A stretch of 63,872 bases of DNA, filler included, from 4 parts of 4 records of this genome joined end to end with filler, not necessarily neighbours in it, one strand, 5' to 3'. Numbered from the whole stretch's first letter, positions 20,827 through 31,599 are shown. The notes: a model not told the origin generated them from the letters alone. Numbers and translations: made by a program.

Positions 20827-22221
20827 ATGGAAAGTAACGTACCGGATTTTATATTGTTTTTAGGTAGATTTCACCCACTAGTGGTGCATTTGCCCATTGG
20901 ATTTTTAATTTTTGCCTTTATCTTGGAACTTTATGGGCGTTGGAAAAGGGATTTCGCGGTTTCCATGGCAATTGAATTTGCCTTGTTGGGTGGAGCCATA
21001 AGTGCCGCTGTAGCCAGTGTCTTGGGGTATATGCTCTCCTTGAGCGGGGACTATGAGCAGGATATGTTGGATACTCATTTTTGGTTTGGAATAGCAACTA
21101 CTCTGGTCGCATTTCTAGCATGGTCCATTCTTTCGGGCAAGCTTCATATACCAAAATTAAATGGTTTAAAGGCCAATATAGTTGGTCTGACCCTTGTGGT
21201 TATTTTGGTGGCTATTACCGGTCATTATGGGGGTAATTTGACCCATGGAAGCGATTATTTGGTAAAATATGCCCCATTTGGAAGAACGGAAAAGGTGGTA
21301 TTGCCGCCAATCGATAAACTGGAGGAAGCTGCGGTCTACGATTATTTGGTAAATCCTATTTTGGAAACCAAGTGCAATAGTTGCCATAATTCCAGCAAGA
21401 AAAAGGGAGGACTCTCCTTTCAGGATTCCGTTGCTATCAAAAAAGGAGGTAAGAATGGGGAGGTTTTTATAGCTGGAAATGTTGCTAAGTCCGAGATGGT
21501 TAGACGTACAATGCTGGATCCCCACCATGAGGATTATATGCCTCCTGAAGGTAAGACTCCCCTTACTGATGAGGAGAAATCAATTTTGTCCTTCTGGATA
21601 GAAAAGGCCAATGCTGACTTTAAGATAAAAATGGGGGATTTGGAAACTCCTGAAGAGATAACGAGTATTGCCTCTAACATGTTGGGCTTGGAAGATGTGA
21701 CCGGTAAAAGCGGAATACCCTTGCCTAAAGTGAGCCAAATAAATGAGGAAATATTGAAGGGTATTACGGGAGAAGGGTTCAAAGTTCGGGAATTAATATT
21801 TGAATCCGGTCTGTACGAGGTTGTGCTGCCCCCTCATTTTATTAGTTTCGGAAACAGCAATGAATTGGACGGAAAGCTGGAAAAGCTTCTTCCCATGAAG
21901 GACAACATTATCTGGCTTTCCCTCAAGGACAATGATGTGCAGGACAGGCATTTAAAAACCATCGGTCAATTTAAAAACCTTCAAAAAGTTGAGCTAGAAA
22001 AAAATCCGATAACAGACGTAGGTATTTCTGAAATTACAGGGATTCAAAGTATAACGGGCCTTAATCTATATCAGACTAAAATTACCGCATCCAGTTTTGA
22101 GAATTTTATAAAAATGAAAGGATTGGAACGGGTATACGCTTGGGGAACAGCAATAACCGAAGATGAGGTGGCAAGTTTTGCCAAAAAAGAAAATCGACCC
22201 TCCATAATAATGGGGATGTAA
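20827..22221 (+). CDS. Membrane protein: DUF2231-like 4-TM domain, planctomycete cytochrome c and LRR
   Basis: HPLVVHLPIG, HFWFG and GHYGGNLTHG in the TM region; CNSCH...MPP; C-terminal LxxLxLxxNxIxD repeats. Confidence 0.85.
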   Translation: MESNVPDFILFLGRFHPLVVHLPIGFLIFAFILELYGRWKRDFAVSMAIEFALLGGAISAAVASVLGYMLSLSGDYEQDMLDTHFWFGIATTLVAFLAWSILSGKLHIPKLNGLKANIVGLTLVVILVAITGHYGGNLTHGSDYLVKYAPFGRTEKVVLPPIDKLEEAAVYDYLVNPILETKCNSCHNSSKKKGGLSFQDSVAIKKGGKNGEVFIAGNVAKSEMVRRTMLDPHHEDYMPPEGKTPLTDEEKSILSFWIEKANADFKIKMGDLETPEEITSIASNMLGLEDVTGKSGIPLPKVSQINEEILKGITGEGFKVRELIFESGLYEVVLPPHFISFGNSNELDGKLEKLLPMKDNIIWLSLKDNDVQDRHLKTIGQFKNLQKVELEKNPITDVGISEITGIQSITGLNLYQTKITASSFENFIKMKGLERVYAWGTAITEDEVASFAKKENRPSIIMGM

Positions 22222-22310
22222 TGACGGTATTTAGTTTATTTCAAGATATATTATGCACTATTAAAGATGTTAAAACTATGAAATAGCCCTTATAATATGA
22301 TAGTTCCTTC

Positions 22311-22357
22311 ATGAGACAAAAAATTAGCATAGTATTAATTTTATTGGGCCTGGTGGC
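22311..22357 (+). CDS. 5' fragment of a probably exported protein, truncated by the contig end
   Basis: ATG followed by MRQKISIVLILLGLV, signal-peptide-like, running into the N spacer. Confidence 0.4.
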
Positions 22358-22457
22358 NNNNNNNNNNNNNNNNNNNNNNNNNNNNNNNNNNNNNNNNNNN
22401 NTTAATTAATTAANNNNNNNNNNNNNNNNNNNNNNNNNNNNNNNNNNNNNNNNNNNN
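22358..22457. other. Artificial contig spacer
   Basis: N44-TTAATTAATTAA-N44 (stops in all six frames); composition changes across it. Confidence 0.98.
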
Positions 22458-25400
22458 TCAGGATCAGTTGCTCCATAAATTTTTGATGTAACCTGACTAG
22501 TAATGGTTAGTGATGCTTTAGTTACAAGCAGGGTTTGTTGTACATTTTTGGCTGAATTTGTTTGATTATTACCCGCTTGTGATGCCGTTATTGTTGTACT
22601 CCCTGCTTTTAATATAGTAGCTTGATTGCCTGATATTGTTACTATATCTGGATCTGTAGCTGTATAAGTTACGGTAAGTCCTTGATCAGTTTTTTCATCT
22701 CCTAAGGTAAAAGTAGCATCCCCATATGTTTTTGTTGGAATGCTTGGAAAAGAAATAGTCTGATTTGTCTTAATGGGTCCCATAAAAGAACTTTCTTTTG
22801 AAATTCCCATAATAATTCCATCATTTGGAGAGACCTCAAAACTGATATATTTTCCAGTATCTACCGTTTGTAACGTATAGTTGTTGGTAGTAGCTCCAGA
22901 TATTACAGTTTTTCCATTCCCTAATTTATCCTCAGACCTATACCAAGTATAGGTAGAACCATTCTCTACATCTCCGTCTGCATCTGTATATGTATAAATT
23001 CCTGTTAGCTGTTCTCCAATAGTGGGCATCCCACTAATGGCAACATTACTAACTGTTGGGGTCTCATTGGTATTTTTGATACTCGTAGCTGTTGTTAAAG
23101 CTCCTATATTTCCTGCTAAATCTTCTAATACTACAGAAAGTGTTATAGTTCCATCTGCTAAACTGCTTAAATCGACCCCTGTAATTTGTTCTTTGAGGTT
23201 GCTTATAGTTCCTGAACCACTGATAGCTATACCACCTTCTGAGCTTGAAAAAGTATAGCTATACTTAGTAGCTATTTCTGCTCCTTCAAAAGTAAAACTA
23301 ACTACATCTTGATTTGCTCTATTAATTGGATGCTGATCTATAGCTACAGTATAACCATTAGGCGCCGTTTTATCTAACGTAGAAGCATTATCTGAGACCA
23401 AACTTCCAGTGTTTCCACTTTTATCTGTTAAAGAAACCTTTACCGATAAGATGCCGTCCTGCAAACTACTAACATCTAATTTTATAGTCTCCGTTCCATT
23501 CGTTATTGTTTGTGCATTTGTTATGGTTGCAGTATTACCATCACCACTACTAGAGACTTCATAATACATTTCTGTATTTTGTTCAGCATTAGAAATAGTG
23601 AAGGAAGCTTCCTGAGCTTCTAAATTATTAATCATTATATCATCCCAATCAACAAGGTATCCCGTAGGAGGTAATACATCTTTTTCTACTTTGTCTGTTA
23701 CATTATTTCCTTTATTATTAGCATTATCTGTTAAGAATGCAGACAAAGTAATAGTGCCATCATTTAAACTACTCAAATCAATTCCAGTAATTTGTTCTGT
23801 TGCCGTAATTACTGTACCAGACCCCGTAATATTAGTCCCTCCTCCTGTACTTGAAAACGTATAGTCATAACTACTACCTATCTCAGCACCTGAAAAAGTG
23901 AAGCTAATGGTATTTTGATTTGTGGAGAAAATAGGGTCTTGATCTATTGAAACACTATATCCACTAGGTTTTATACCGTCAATTTCCAATTCTTTATTAG
24001 CTCCCAAAGAGTTGGCTGTTCCTGGAGTTGGTAAGGTTAAAATTGCATCTAAAGAATTTCCTCCCTTTATAGACCCTGCGTTTAAAGTTAAGGCATTTGT
24101 AGATAAATAATCTAAATCATTGCTTGTATCTCCCTCCTGAATAGTGTAATTAAAAATTAAAGAATTACTACCACTTCCACTTATATAATCAATCAAATGG
24201 TTTGTAGCCCCAGATGCTAATGTTAATTGTGGTGTACCAGTTACAGAAACTTCTTTACTAAAATCTATCTGAATTTCAATAACATCACTTTCCCCATAAA
24301 GTCCATTTGGGGTAGAAGATGTTACATTAGTTACAGCAGGTGGAATCGCTTCAATAGTAATTGGGATAGTTTTAGTATTGGTTTGTGCTCCTCCTTCTCC
24401 AGTATTACCCAGATCGTTTGCCTCAATAGCTAAGCTAGCCGATCCAGAATAATTTATAGTGGGGGTGAATAATATATCGTCTAAAGCCAAATTTATGTCA
24501 TTTTGTGAGCCTTCAAAAGTCATTGTCGCATCTGTAGTACCATCACCAACAGAAAAAACTAGTCCTGTTGTAGAACTAAGCGTTATAGTCCCATTTGTTC
24601 CACTAAGACTGACTTGAATAGGAGAAGTGCCAGCATCTGCATCAGAAATGCTTATACCAGATAACGACTCTGGGGCATTCTCTGTAATTAAAACAGAAGC
24701 AGGTGTATTTATCTCAGGTGCTTTGTTTAGGTTAATTACTTCAAGATTAAAAGAAGGTAAAGAAGATTTTAAATCCCCATCATAAACAGAAATAATTAAA
24801 CTAGCATATAAACCAATGTTACTTTCCGAGGGAGTTCCATACAACCTACCTGTTGACCTATCAAAACTTGCCCAAGAAGGCTTATTAATGATACTAAAAG
24901 ATAATTCATCTCCCTCCACATCTGAAGCAGTTGGAGTAAAGGAATAAGGTGATTGCTCTATTGCAATTTTATTAGGCGTTCCACCAATAATGGGTGCATC
25001 ATTTACAGATATTATATCAAAGGTTACAGACGCTCTATTTGAATTGCTCATACCATTATTGCTGACAAATGAAATGGAACCAGCATTGACTCCATATAAA
25101 TTTGAAGAAGGTTGGAATTTAGCTAAATCTAGAGCTGTATTTATGTTTGCTAAAGTTCCAGCCGCCGTAAAGCTATCTGACCCATTTCCATCTCCTCCAA
25201 AAGTAATTCCAGAAGTTCCAAGCGTTAATGTCCCACCAGTAACTGTAAAAGTAACTGTCTGATCTCTCCCATTTGCATCAGAAATTTGAATATTATCCGC
25301 TAGTTCTACCTCTGTATCTTCTTGAACTACAGGCGTTGTTGGAGCAATGGCTACTGACGGCGGTATTTCATCATCAGAAGAGATTATTATATCATCTATC

Positions 25401-25972
25401 CAAAAATTGTAATTAGCTGGAAAAGAAATACTGACGGAAGTAACCTTCAAATCTTTCGTAATAGTATGGATGGAAGTAGTAGAATATCCTGAACCTAAAG
25501 AAGTATTATCATTAAATGTTTCTGTAGTTCCGTCGGTTTTATAAAAAGTAATTGTATAAAGTGGAGGAAGCGTTACCCCATCAATATCTGCATAGCTATT
25601 TATAGCCTCTTCTTTAATCCAAAATCCAAAAAAATTAAAAGGGTTTCCATCTACACGTTCTAAAGTAAATGAATCGCCACCAGCAGACGGCTTTTTTAAA
25701 CATGCGGTCCCACCATTTCCTTCGGAAGTTTTATACTCAAAGCTTCCATTTCCTCCTGTTGTAAGTACATAATCAATCCCAGCAATGGTGATGGTTGCTT
25801 CGGTATTCCAGGACCAATCGGGAGTAGGAAGAGGATTTGTAATTGTTGGCGGTATAGAAAAATCATATTTGTTTTGTGCCTCTGTAACACAAATAATTCC
25901 CAATAAAAATACAATTGTTAGTAACTTACGATTGCCCAAAATTGTGGCTATCGAATTAACAAAAATAGACAT
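22458..25972 (-). CDS. Large surface adhesin with Ig/cadherin-like, putative-Ig and MBG-like domains (3' end truncated)
   Basis: Signal peptide; T/S/G-rich beta repeats; PSWASFDRSTGRLYGTP (He_PIG-like); three ~100-aa Ig repeats; TKTYGD / SKIYGATDP MBG-type starts. Confidence 0.85.
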
Positions 25973-26066
25973 AGTTAGTAGTTTAAGTTGGTTTATAAAA
26001 AGAATCCTCTTTATAAAGAAACCTAACAAAAACTATAAAATAAATAGCTTTGCTTGGTTTCAATCA

Positions 26067-26113
26067 CAAAACTACAATACCATCAAGGAGGGAAAAATAA
26101 GTACCCCTACGTA
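26067..26113 (-). promoter_or_regulatory. Adhesin promoter: TAnnTTTG -7 box plus a TACGTA-N4-TACTTA repeat (candidate response-regulator site)
   Basis: On the minus strand, TACGTAGGGGTACTTA (26113-26098) lies 23 nt before TAGTTTTG (26074-26067). Confidence 0.55.
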
Positions 26114-26128
26114 GCGATATGACTACAA

Positions 26129-26758
26129 CTATATAAAGCTATCTATGTTTTTTTGTACCCATAGTACTAAAGAATGCGAACTACTATTTAAATTTAATTT
26201 TTTCACCACATTACTGCGGTGTTTTTCTACAGTTCGTTTGGAGAGAAATAAACTATCTGCAATCTCTTTAGAAGTCATATTTTTAGCTATTAACCTAAGT
26301 ATTTTCACTTCTGAAACCGTTAAGTCTTTTATTGTATGATTTTTAGGATTAAATAAGTCAGTATTTCTTATAGTAGAACTTACATACTGTTCATCTAATA
26401 AAAGTGTGTCAATACATGTTAATAGTTCTGACAAGGCATCGTCTTTTAGAATATAACCATCAATATACTTTCCAATTTGCTTCAGTATATCTTCACTTTT
26501 ATGTAAAGACAATATAATTATTTTTGTAGCAAATTGTTTTCTTTTTGATTCTCTTGCAACTTCAATCCCATTTAAAATTGGCATATCCATATCTAAAATA
26601 GCAAAATCTGGTTGTTCTTTACATAGTAGATTATAAGCCTCATTCCCATTAGTAGCTACCCCTTTTATAATAAATCCCTTTTTACTCAAAAAGGTTGAGT
26701 TCCCTTCTAGTATTAGAGGATGATCATCTGCTAAAATAAATGATACTGTACTATTCAT
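26129..26758 (-). CDS. NarL/LuxR-family response regulator
   Basis: LADDHP, ILDMDMP, YILK receiver motifs; LTVSE...IADSLFLSKRTVEKHRSN HTH. Confidence 0.94.
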   Translation of the reverse strand: MNSTVSFILADDHPLILEGNSTFLSKKGFIIKGVATNGNEAYNLLCKEQPDFAILDMDMPILNGIEVARESKRKQFATKIIILSLHKSEDILKQIGKYIDGYILKDDALSELLTCIDTLLLDEQYVSSTIRNTDLFNPKNHTIKDLTVSEVKILRLIAKNMTSKEIADSLFLSKRTVEKHRSNVVKKLNLNSSSHSLVLWVQKNIDSFI

Positions 26759-28844
26759 GTTTCGGAACCTTTAAATGTACTAAAGTACCGTTGTTTAATG
26801 TGCTTGTAATTTCTAATGAGGCATTTATTATTGCTGATCTCCCTCGCATAGTTTTCATTCCTAGAGAATTACTTAAATTTTTATATTTAGAAACCACAAA
26901 GCCTTTCCCGTTATCCTTTACAAAAAAGTTTATATAATTAACATCAGCTTTTATATCTAAAAAACAAGCTTTGGCTTCTGAGTGTTTTATAACATTATTT
27001 AGTGCTTCTTGTATAATCCTAAAAATCTGTAAATGTTTCTCAATATCTATAGTTGAGACTAAATTTTCTTCTTCATTAATTTCTTCTGAAAAAAAGATAG
27101 CTGTATTTTGTTGTAAAACTTTTATGGTGTTTTTAAGAGATGCTAATAAACCTATTTTTTCAAATTTATATGGGTGAAGGTTTTGAGAAATATCTCTAAT
27201 CCCTTTAATTGTATTGTCTACTACCGAAACATCTTCATTTTGATCTTTAAGTAAAAATTTATTTTTAATTACTAAGAGATTTTGGCCAATACTATCATGC
27301 AAATTACTCGCTATATCTTTACGTTCTTTTTCTATTGAAAAGAAAAGATTTTCATAAAACTCCTTTTGAAGCTTTTGATTTCGTTTTTGAAATGCTCTAG
27401 AGCGAAGAAGATAAATTACCAAAAAAATACTAATCAAAGAAATACCACCTATAAGTATCCATTGCGATTTAAGCTTGTTTTTAGCTCCTAAAAGAGAAAT
27501 ATATTGCTTTTGTTCTGCAATTTCTAAATCTTTTTTTTGCAATTCAAATTTATTCTGAACATAAGCAAAACGTTTTCTTGAAGTGCTCTTTTGAATTGAG
27601 TCCTTCAAAGTCATATAATTTTTAAAATGCGATAATGATTTATTTATATTTCCAATTTCCTCGTAGTTTTGTGCTAATAAAAATTCATAAGCTAATATAT
27701 TTTCTGGTTCTCTAGCTTGTTTTACCGTTTCAAATACATCTAATAAATAGGCTACCGATCTTTTATAATTTCCATGAGCATAAGTATTCTGACCTATGGC
27801 TAACGTATAATAAGTGTTTAAAAAAGCATTCCTCTGTTCATGCTCCATTAATCCTTTCAATTTTTTTAAATGCGCATCAGATTCTTTCAATAAGTTATGC
27901 CGTGCAAATATATAGGTAGCACAAGCTCTCATAAGTATTTCTATTACTTGTTTTGATTCTGATGCCATTTGATCTGCCAATAACAACGCCTGTCTAGTAT
28001 GGTAAAGTTCTTTATCAATGGCATTTTGAGAAGTTGCTTCAATGGCGGCAGTAATATGAGCCATAACAACTACTTCAACCTCACTAATTTTATTTTTCCA
28101 TAAAAAAATAGGGTTACGAGCTTCAGCAGCCTCATCAAACAATCCATTATTTCCCAAGAGTCTACTTAAACCGTTTTGAGACCACAAAAAAGAAATTGTA
28201 TCTTTTTGCTTCAGAAAAATTTCTGAGGCCCTCTTAAAATAAGTAACACTCTTTATTAAATTATTTACTTTAGAACTATTTTCACCTGCTTTTAAATAGA
28301 GGTACGCATATTTTTCAATTACGGAATCTTTTTTTGGCTCTAAAACCGTTAAGGCTTTGTCTATAATTTGTAGTGAAGTTTCATACTTTTCTAAATAGGT
28401 TGCAGCTTCTGCATAGGCTATATAATATTTAGCCACCTCTTGGATATCGGTAATTTTTGAAATGTTTTGTTCAAATAGCTGTAATGAATCGTAAATAGTT
28501 TTATGATTCATCTCATAATAAATATCGTAATTTGCTAGATAGTTTAAAATTATAATTGCAGATTTCCAATCTTTATTTTTTTTCGAAACTATTAAAAAGT
28601 CTCTTAAAGATTTTATAGCAGCTGGACTATTTGTATACGAATCTGATTTTATTTTAGAAACTACTTGTTCAAGGTTCTCTTGTAAGGTTTGAAAACGATC
28701 TTTATCTGTAGCTGTTTGTTGTACCTTCTCTTGAGCAAAACAAAAAATAGTTGATAGCACTAGAAGAAAACAAAGAGTTCTTTTTAATCTTTGTTTGCAT
28801 TTATACGTAAAACTAAATAAATATCCTCCGAGGAGTATAAACAT
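26751..28844 (-). CDS. TPR-type sensor histidine kinase (HisKA_3 / HATPase_c)
   Basis: Helical periplasmic domain, one TM, ERKDIASNLHDSIGQ, QEALNNVIKHS, DNGKGF, GMKTMRGR; start uncertain. Confidence 0.9.
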   Translation of the reverse strand: MFILLGGYLFSFTYKCKQRLKRTLCFLLVLSTIFCFAQEKVQQTATDKDRFQTLQENLEQVVSKIKSDSYTNSPAAIKSLRDFLIVSKKNKDWKSAIIILNYLANYDIYYEMNHKTIYDSLQLFEQNISKITDIQEVAKYYIAYAEAATYLEKYETSLQIIDKALTVLEPKKDSVIEKYAYLYLKAGENSSKVNNLIKSVTYFKRASEIFLKQKDTISFLWSQNGLSRLLGNNGLFDEAAEARNPIFLWKNKISEVEVVVMAHITAAIEATSQNAIDKELYHTRQALLLADQMASESKQVIEILMRACATYIFARHNLLKESDAHLKKLKGLMEHEQRNAFLNTYYTLAIGQNTYAHGNYKRSVAYLLDVFETVKQAREPENILAYEFLLAQNYEEIGNINKSLSHFKNYMTLKDSIQKSTSRKRFAYVQNKFELQKKDLEIAEQKQYISLLGAKNKLKSQWILIGGISLISIFLVIYLLRSRAFQKRNQKLQKEFYENLFFSIEKERKDIASNLHDSIGQNLLVIKNKFLLKDQNEDVSVVDNTIKGIRDISQNLHPYKFEKIGLLASLKNTIKVLQQNTAIFFSEEINEEENLVSTIDIEKHLQIFRIIQEALNNVIKHSEAKACFLDIKADVNYINFFVKDNGKGFVVSKYKNLSNSLGMKTMRGRSAIINASLEITSTLNNGTLVHLKVPKHE

Positions 28845-29135
28845 TCTATTTTTTTTAATTAGTACCTCAAAACCATCCCTAAATGGAATGAAGTAAAATT
28901 ACTGAACATTTATTATTTATAGTAAAAGTTAAACAAAAGTTAAGTGAAAAAATTAAATGGACACTTCTTCAAAAGGTTTTTGTTATGATATACTATACTG
29001 AAACCATCGCCTATTTCTGGATATTAATAAATTTCTCTGATTAGATCCCACATAAATTTTAAGCCCTTTAATTCTGATAGGGCAATTTCATCAGCTGTCA
29101 TCTTCTTGGTAATTAACTTATACACTTTTAAGCTA

Positions 29136-29485
29136 CTACTTTCTTAGCGCATTACAAATTGAATTCAAAAAATTAACCTGATTCCCTTTATTGCTTTCAT
29201 AAATGAAGTTTTTTGAACTTTCGCTCTCATATTTTGTAAAATCACCTATGATAGTTATAGGCATACGATATTGAGAAAATTTTTGAAGAATGTCTCCCGC
29301 CATCTTGTTTTTTAAGTCAAAAAGTCTGGCGTAATATTTTTTTGATGAATAATTATTTTATCAAAACCTCGGTAATAAAGATTGCCCAACAAATCCAAAG
29401 CACCATCAGTGTTTTGAATTATTACTTCATTGGAAATAACTTCTGCAATTTTTATTTCATTTAAATTATGTTCTTTAATCTCCAT
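29136..29485 (-). pseudogene. DUF4180 family protein with a 1-nt frameshift
   Basis: MEIKEH...NITPDF then a stop; adding one T to the T5 run (29319-29323) gives FFDLKNKMAGDILQKFSQYRM...FIYESNKGNQVNF...LRK*. Confidence 0.85.
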
Positions 29486-29537
29486 TTTATTTATTATATA
29501 ATACACTCCGCTAGCAATGGTTTAAGCAAGTATCCCT

Positions 29538-29894
29538 TTAGATTTCATTCAATTTAACCTGTTTTTTAATCAGTTTTTTTATTTCTGACGTTGGTACTTT
29601 TTGATCAAACTTAATTTGGATGGTCTTCTTACCCGTTTTATATCCTTTTTCTTCGAGGACTTTACGGATATCTTCGGTTAATGAATCGATGCCAAAGCTC
29701 ACGTGTTTTTTAGCCAGTGAGAACCCAGCAAGAATTCCATTATACTTATAGATAGGAACATTCCAACTGATTCCGCCTTCTGCATTTGGAACAGTAATTT
29801 CTATGAGTTTTTTAAGAGACCTCATTACCTCCTGCGATTCCTCCAGAGAAGCATTTATAAACTCGTCAACAATTGTTGGTTTAAAGTCTTTCAT
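29538..29894 (-). CDS. DUF1801 (YdhG-like) family protein
   Basis: VDEFI...ISWNVPIY...AKKHVSF...GKKTIQI pattern. Confidence 0.8.
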   Translation of the reverse strand: MKDFKPTIVDEFINASLEESQEVMRSLKKLIEITVPNAEGGISWNVPIYKYNGILAGFSLAKKHVSFGIDSLTEDIRKVLEEKGYKTGKKTIQIKFDQKVPTSEIKKLIKKQVKLNEI

Positions 29895-29895
29895 T

Positions 29896-30279
29896 TTAAT
29901 TCTGAATTAGCTTCCTACTATTTGGTCTAAAATACCAAGAAATAATTGTTAATGCTACTAATAAAATAGGACCGAAAAGGGTGATAATTTCATCTCCAAC
30001 TATTAAATGTGAAATGGCAGCCCCCGTCATTGCAAAAAAGAATCCAGCATAAGCCCATTCTTTTAGTAACGGAAGTTTAGGGAGTAAAACTGCTATAGTT
30101 CCTAAAATTTTCCAAACACCAAGAATGGTTAGTAAATAGGTAGGAAAACCTAATGCGTTAATGACTTCAACTTCTTCTTCCAGCTTTATTAACTGTACAA
30201 TCCCTGTGGATACCATTCCTAAAGCAAGCCAAATCGTGGCGATCCAATAGATTATTTTGTTGCGTTTTGTTGCGCCCAT
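29896..30279 (-). CDS. DoxX-like membrane protein
   Basis: Four TM helices; LGFPTY; LKEWAYAGFFF; SHL. Confidence 0.88.
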   Translation of the reverse strand: MGATKRNKIIYWIATIWLALGMVSTGIVQLIKLEEEVEVINALGFPTYLLTILGVWKILGTIAVLLPKLPLLKEWAYAGFFFAMTGAAISHLIVGDEIITLFGPILLVALTIISWYFRPNSRKLIQN

Positions 30280-30281
30280 AA

Positions 30282-30752
30282 TTACTTATTTAAATTATTT
30301 ATAATATCTTCTAATCGCTGATGCGCCATATCAAGACCAATAGCAAAAGGTTTCTTTAATAACTCGTTTCTAATTTCAACCGATTTAAAAATGATATGCA
30401 TTGTTAATTTGCTTGTATCATTTGTAATGGTTTTAAAATTCAAAAATTCGAGTTGTGGGGGAAAAGAAAACACATCCATTTCAAACGTTCTAACAATCAT
30501 TTCATTGGGTATAAACGTGTGAAATGTACCCTTACCGCTAAACATAAGATCTCCTTTAGGACTTCGTGTTTCAAAATGATACTTCCCATATTCCTTAAAC
30601 TCAAAGTGCACTAACTTGGTTCCCATCCATTTTTCAAACAATACTTTATCTTTATAAGCTGTAAAAAGAGATTCCACAGGCAAATCAAACTCCCTTGTTA
30701 TAAGTAATTCCTGTTTCCCCTCTTCCGCTGTAATTTTTGTTTTCTGTTCCAT
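30282..30752 (-). CDS. SRPBCC/AHSA1 domain protein
   Basis: ITREFDLPVESLFTAY...KWMG; IVRTFE; follows the ArsR gene. Confidence 0.85.
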   Translation of the reverse strand: MEQKTKITAEEGKQELLITREFDLPVESLFTAYKDKVLFEKWMGTKLVHFEFKEYGKYHFETRSPKGDLMFSGKGTFHTFIPNEMIVRTFEMDVFSFPPQLEFLNFKTITNDTSKLTMHIIFKSVEIRNELLKKPFAIGLDMAHQRLEDIINNLNK

Positions 30753-30799
30753 TGTTTATTTTGTTTTGATTGATGCTTTTTACTCACTGATTGTTCATT

Positions 30800-31129
30800 T
30801 TATTCTTTGCCTTCGTGAATCTTTGATTTCATAACAGCTTCCAAGGTATTAAAGCGGTCGTCCCACATTTTCCTAAAAGGCTCAATAAAATCAGCTATTT
30901 GTTTCATCCCATCGGGATTTAATTGGTAATAAATCTCTCTCCCCTTTTGTTCTTGTTCCAATAATTCACATTCGGTAAGAATTTGAATGTGCTTGGAAAT
31001 GGTTTGCCTAGAATAGTTAAAGTTTTCTGCAATTGCACTTGGTGTCATAGCACTTGCTGCAACCAATGTAACTATTGTTCTCCTTGTTGGGTCGGCTATG
31101 GCTTGAAAAACATCCCTTCTTAATTTCAT
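30800..31129 (-). CDS. ArsR/SmtB family transcriptional regulator
   Basis: [35 protein letters not shown] at 31129. Confidence 0.92.
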   Translation of the reverse strand: MKLRRDVFQAIADPTRRTIVTLVAASAMTPSAIAENFNYSRQTISKHIQILTECELLEQEQKGREIYYQLNPDGMKQIADFIEPFRKMWDDRFNTLEAVMKSKIHEGKE

Positions 31130-31131
31130 AA

Positions 31132-31175
31132 TGCAGTTATTTGACTGCAAATATAAGTGCAGTTATTTAGTTGCG
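31132..31175 (-). promoter_or_regulatory. Tandem palindromic operators flanking a TATATTTG -7 promoter box
   Basis: TGCAGTTATTTGACTGCA (31132-31149) and TGCAGTTATTTAGTTGCG (31158-31175) directly upstream of the ArsR ATG. Confidence 0.75.
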
Positions 31176-31288
31176 CAATATTTTAAAAGGAAAAGTACTT
31201 TCTAAATTATGTTTTGAGGTACGAGCGAACGAAAAGAAACTACGGTAGGCAAATAGATGTACGGTAAATAATAGTCTTTATCATCTTA

Positions 31289-31537
31289 CTAAATTATAAG
31301 TTCTATTTTAATATTGTTTAATTTTCCAAAGTTGAGAACTCCTAATATGTCAATAGAGTTATTACTTTCAATCCTTAATACTTTATCACAATCTTCTAAA
31401 TCGAAATTGATTTGGTAATCGGAATATAACTGATTAAGATCAGACACTATTTGGTTTGCCAATTGTTGATTGTTTACGCTAGTTTTGAAAATCTCAACTA
31501 TGGCTTGTGGTGTCTTTATAGGTTCATTAACTTTCAT
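31289..31537 (-). CDS. Conserved small Bacteroidota protein (FKT...NFDLEDCDKVLR)
   Basis: 82 aa; recognisable motif of an uncharacterised family. Confidence 0.7.
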   Translation of the reverse strand: MKVNEPIKTPQAIVEIFKTSVNNQQLANQIVSDLNQLYSDYQINFDLEDCDKVLRIESNNSIDILGVLNFGKLNNIKIELII

Positions 31538-31599
31538 TTTCTTCAGGTCTCATAATTATAAAAGCATCTTGTTTTTATAATGATTACTTTGGAAATGAT

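Noticed and set aside
22402-22413. TTAATTAATTAA palindrome occurring three times
   Set aside because: It sits in the centre of N runs and is an artificial all-frame stop linker
29319-29323. Programmed frameshift or phase variation in the DUF4180 gene
   Set aside because: A 5-nt run is too short and no stimulatory structure is evident
31220-31266. TACGGTA repeats upstream of the ArsR promoter
   Set aside because: Spacing is irregular (21 and 19 bp) and the match is too short to support a call
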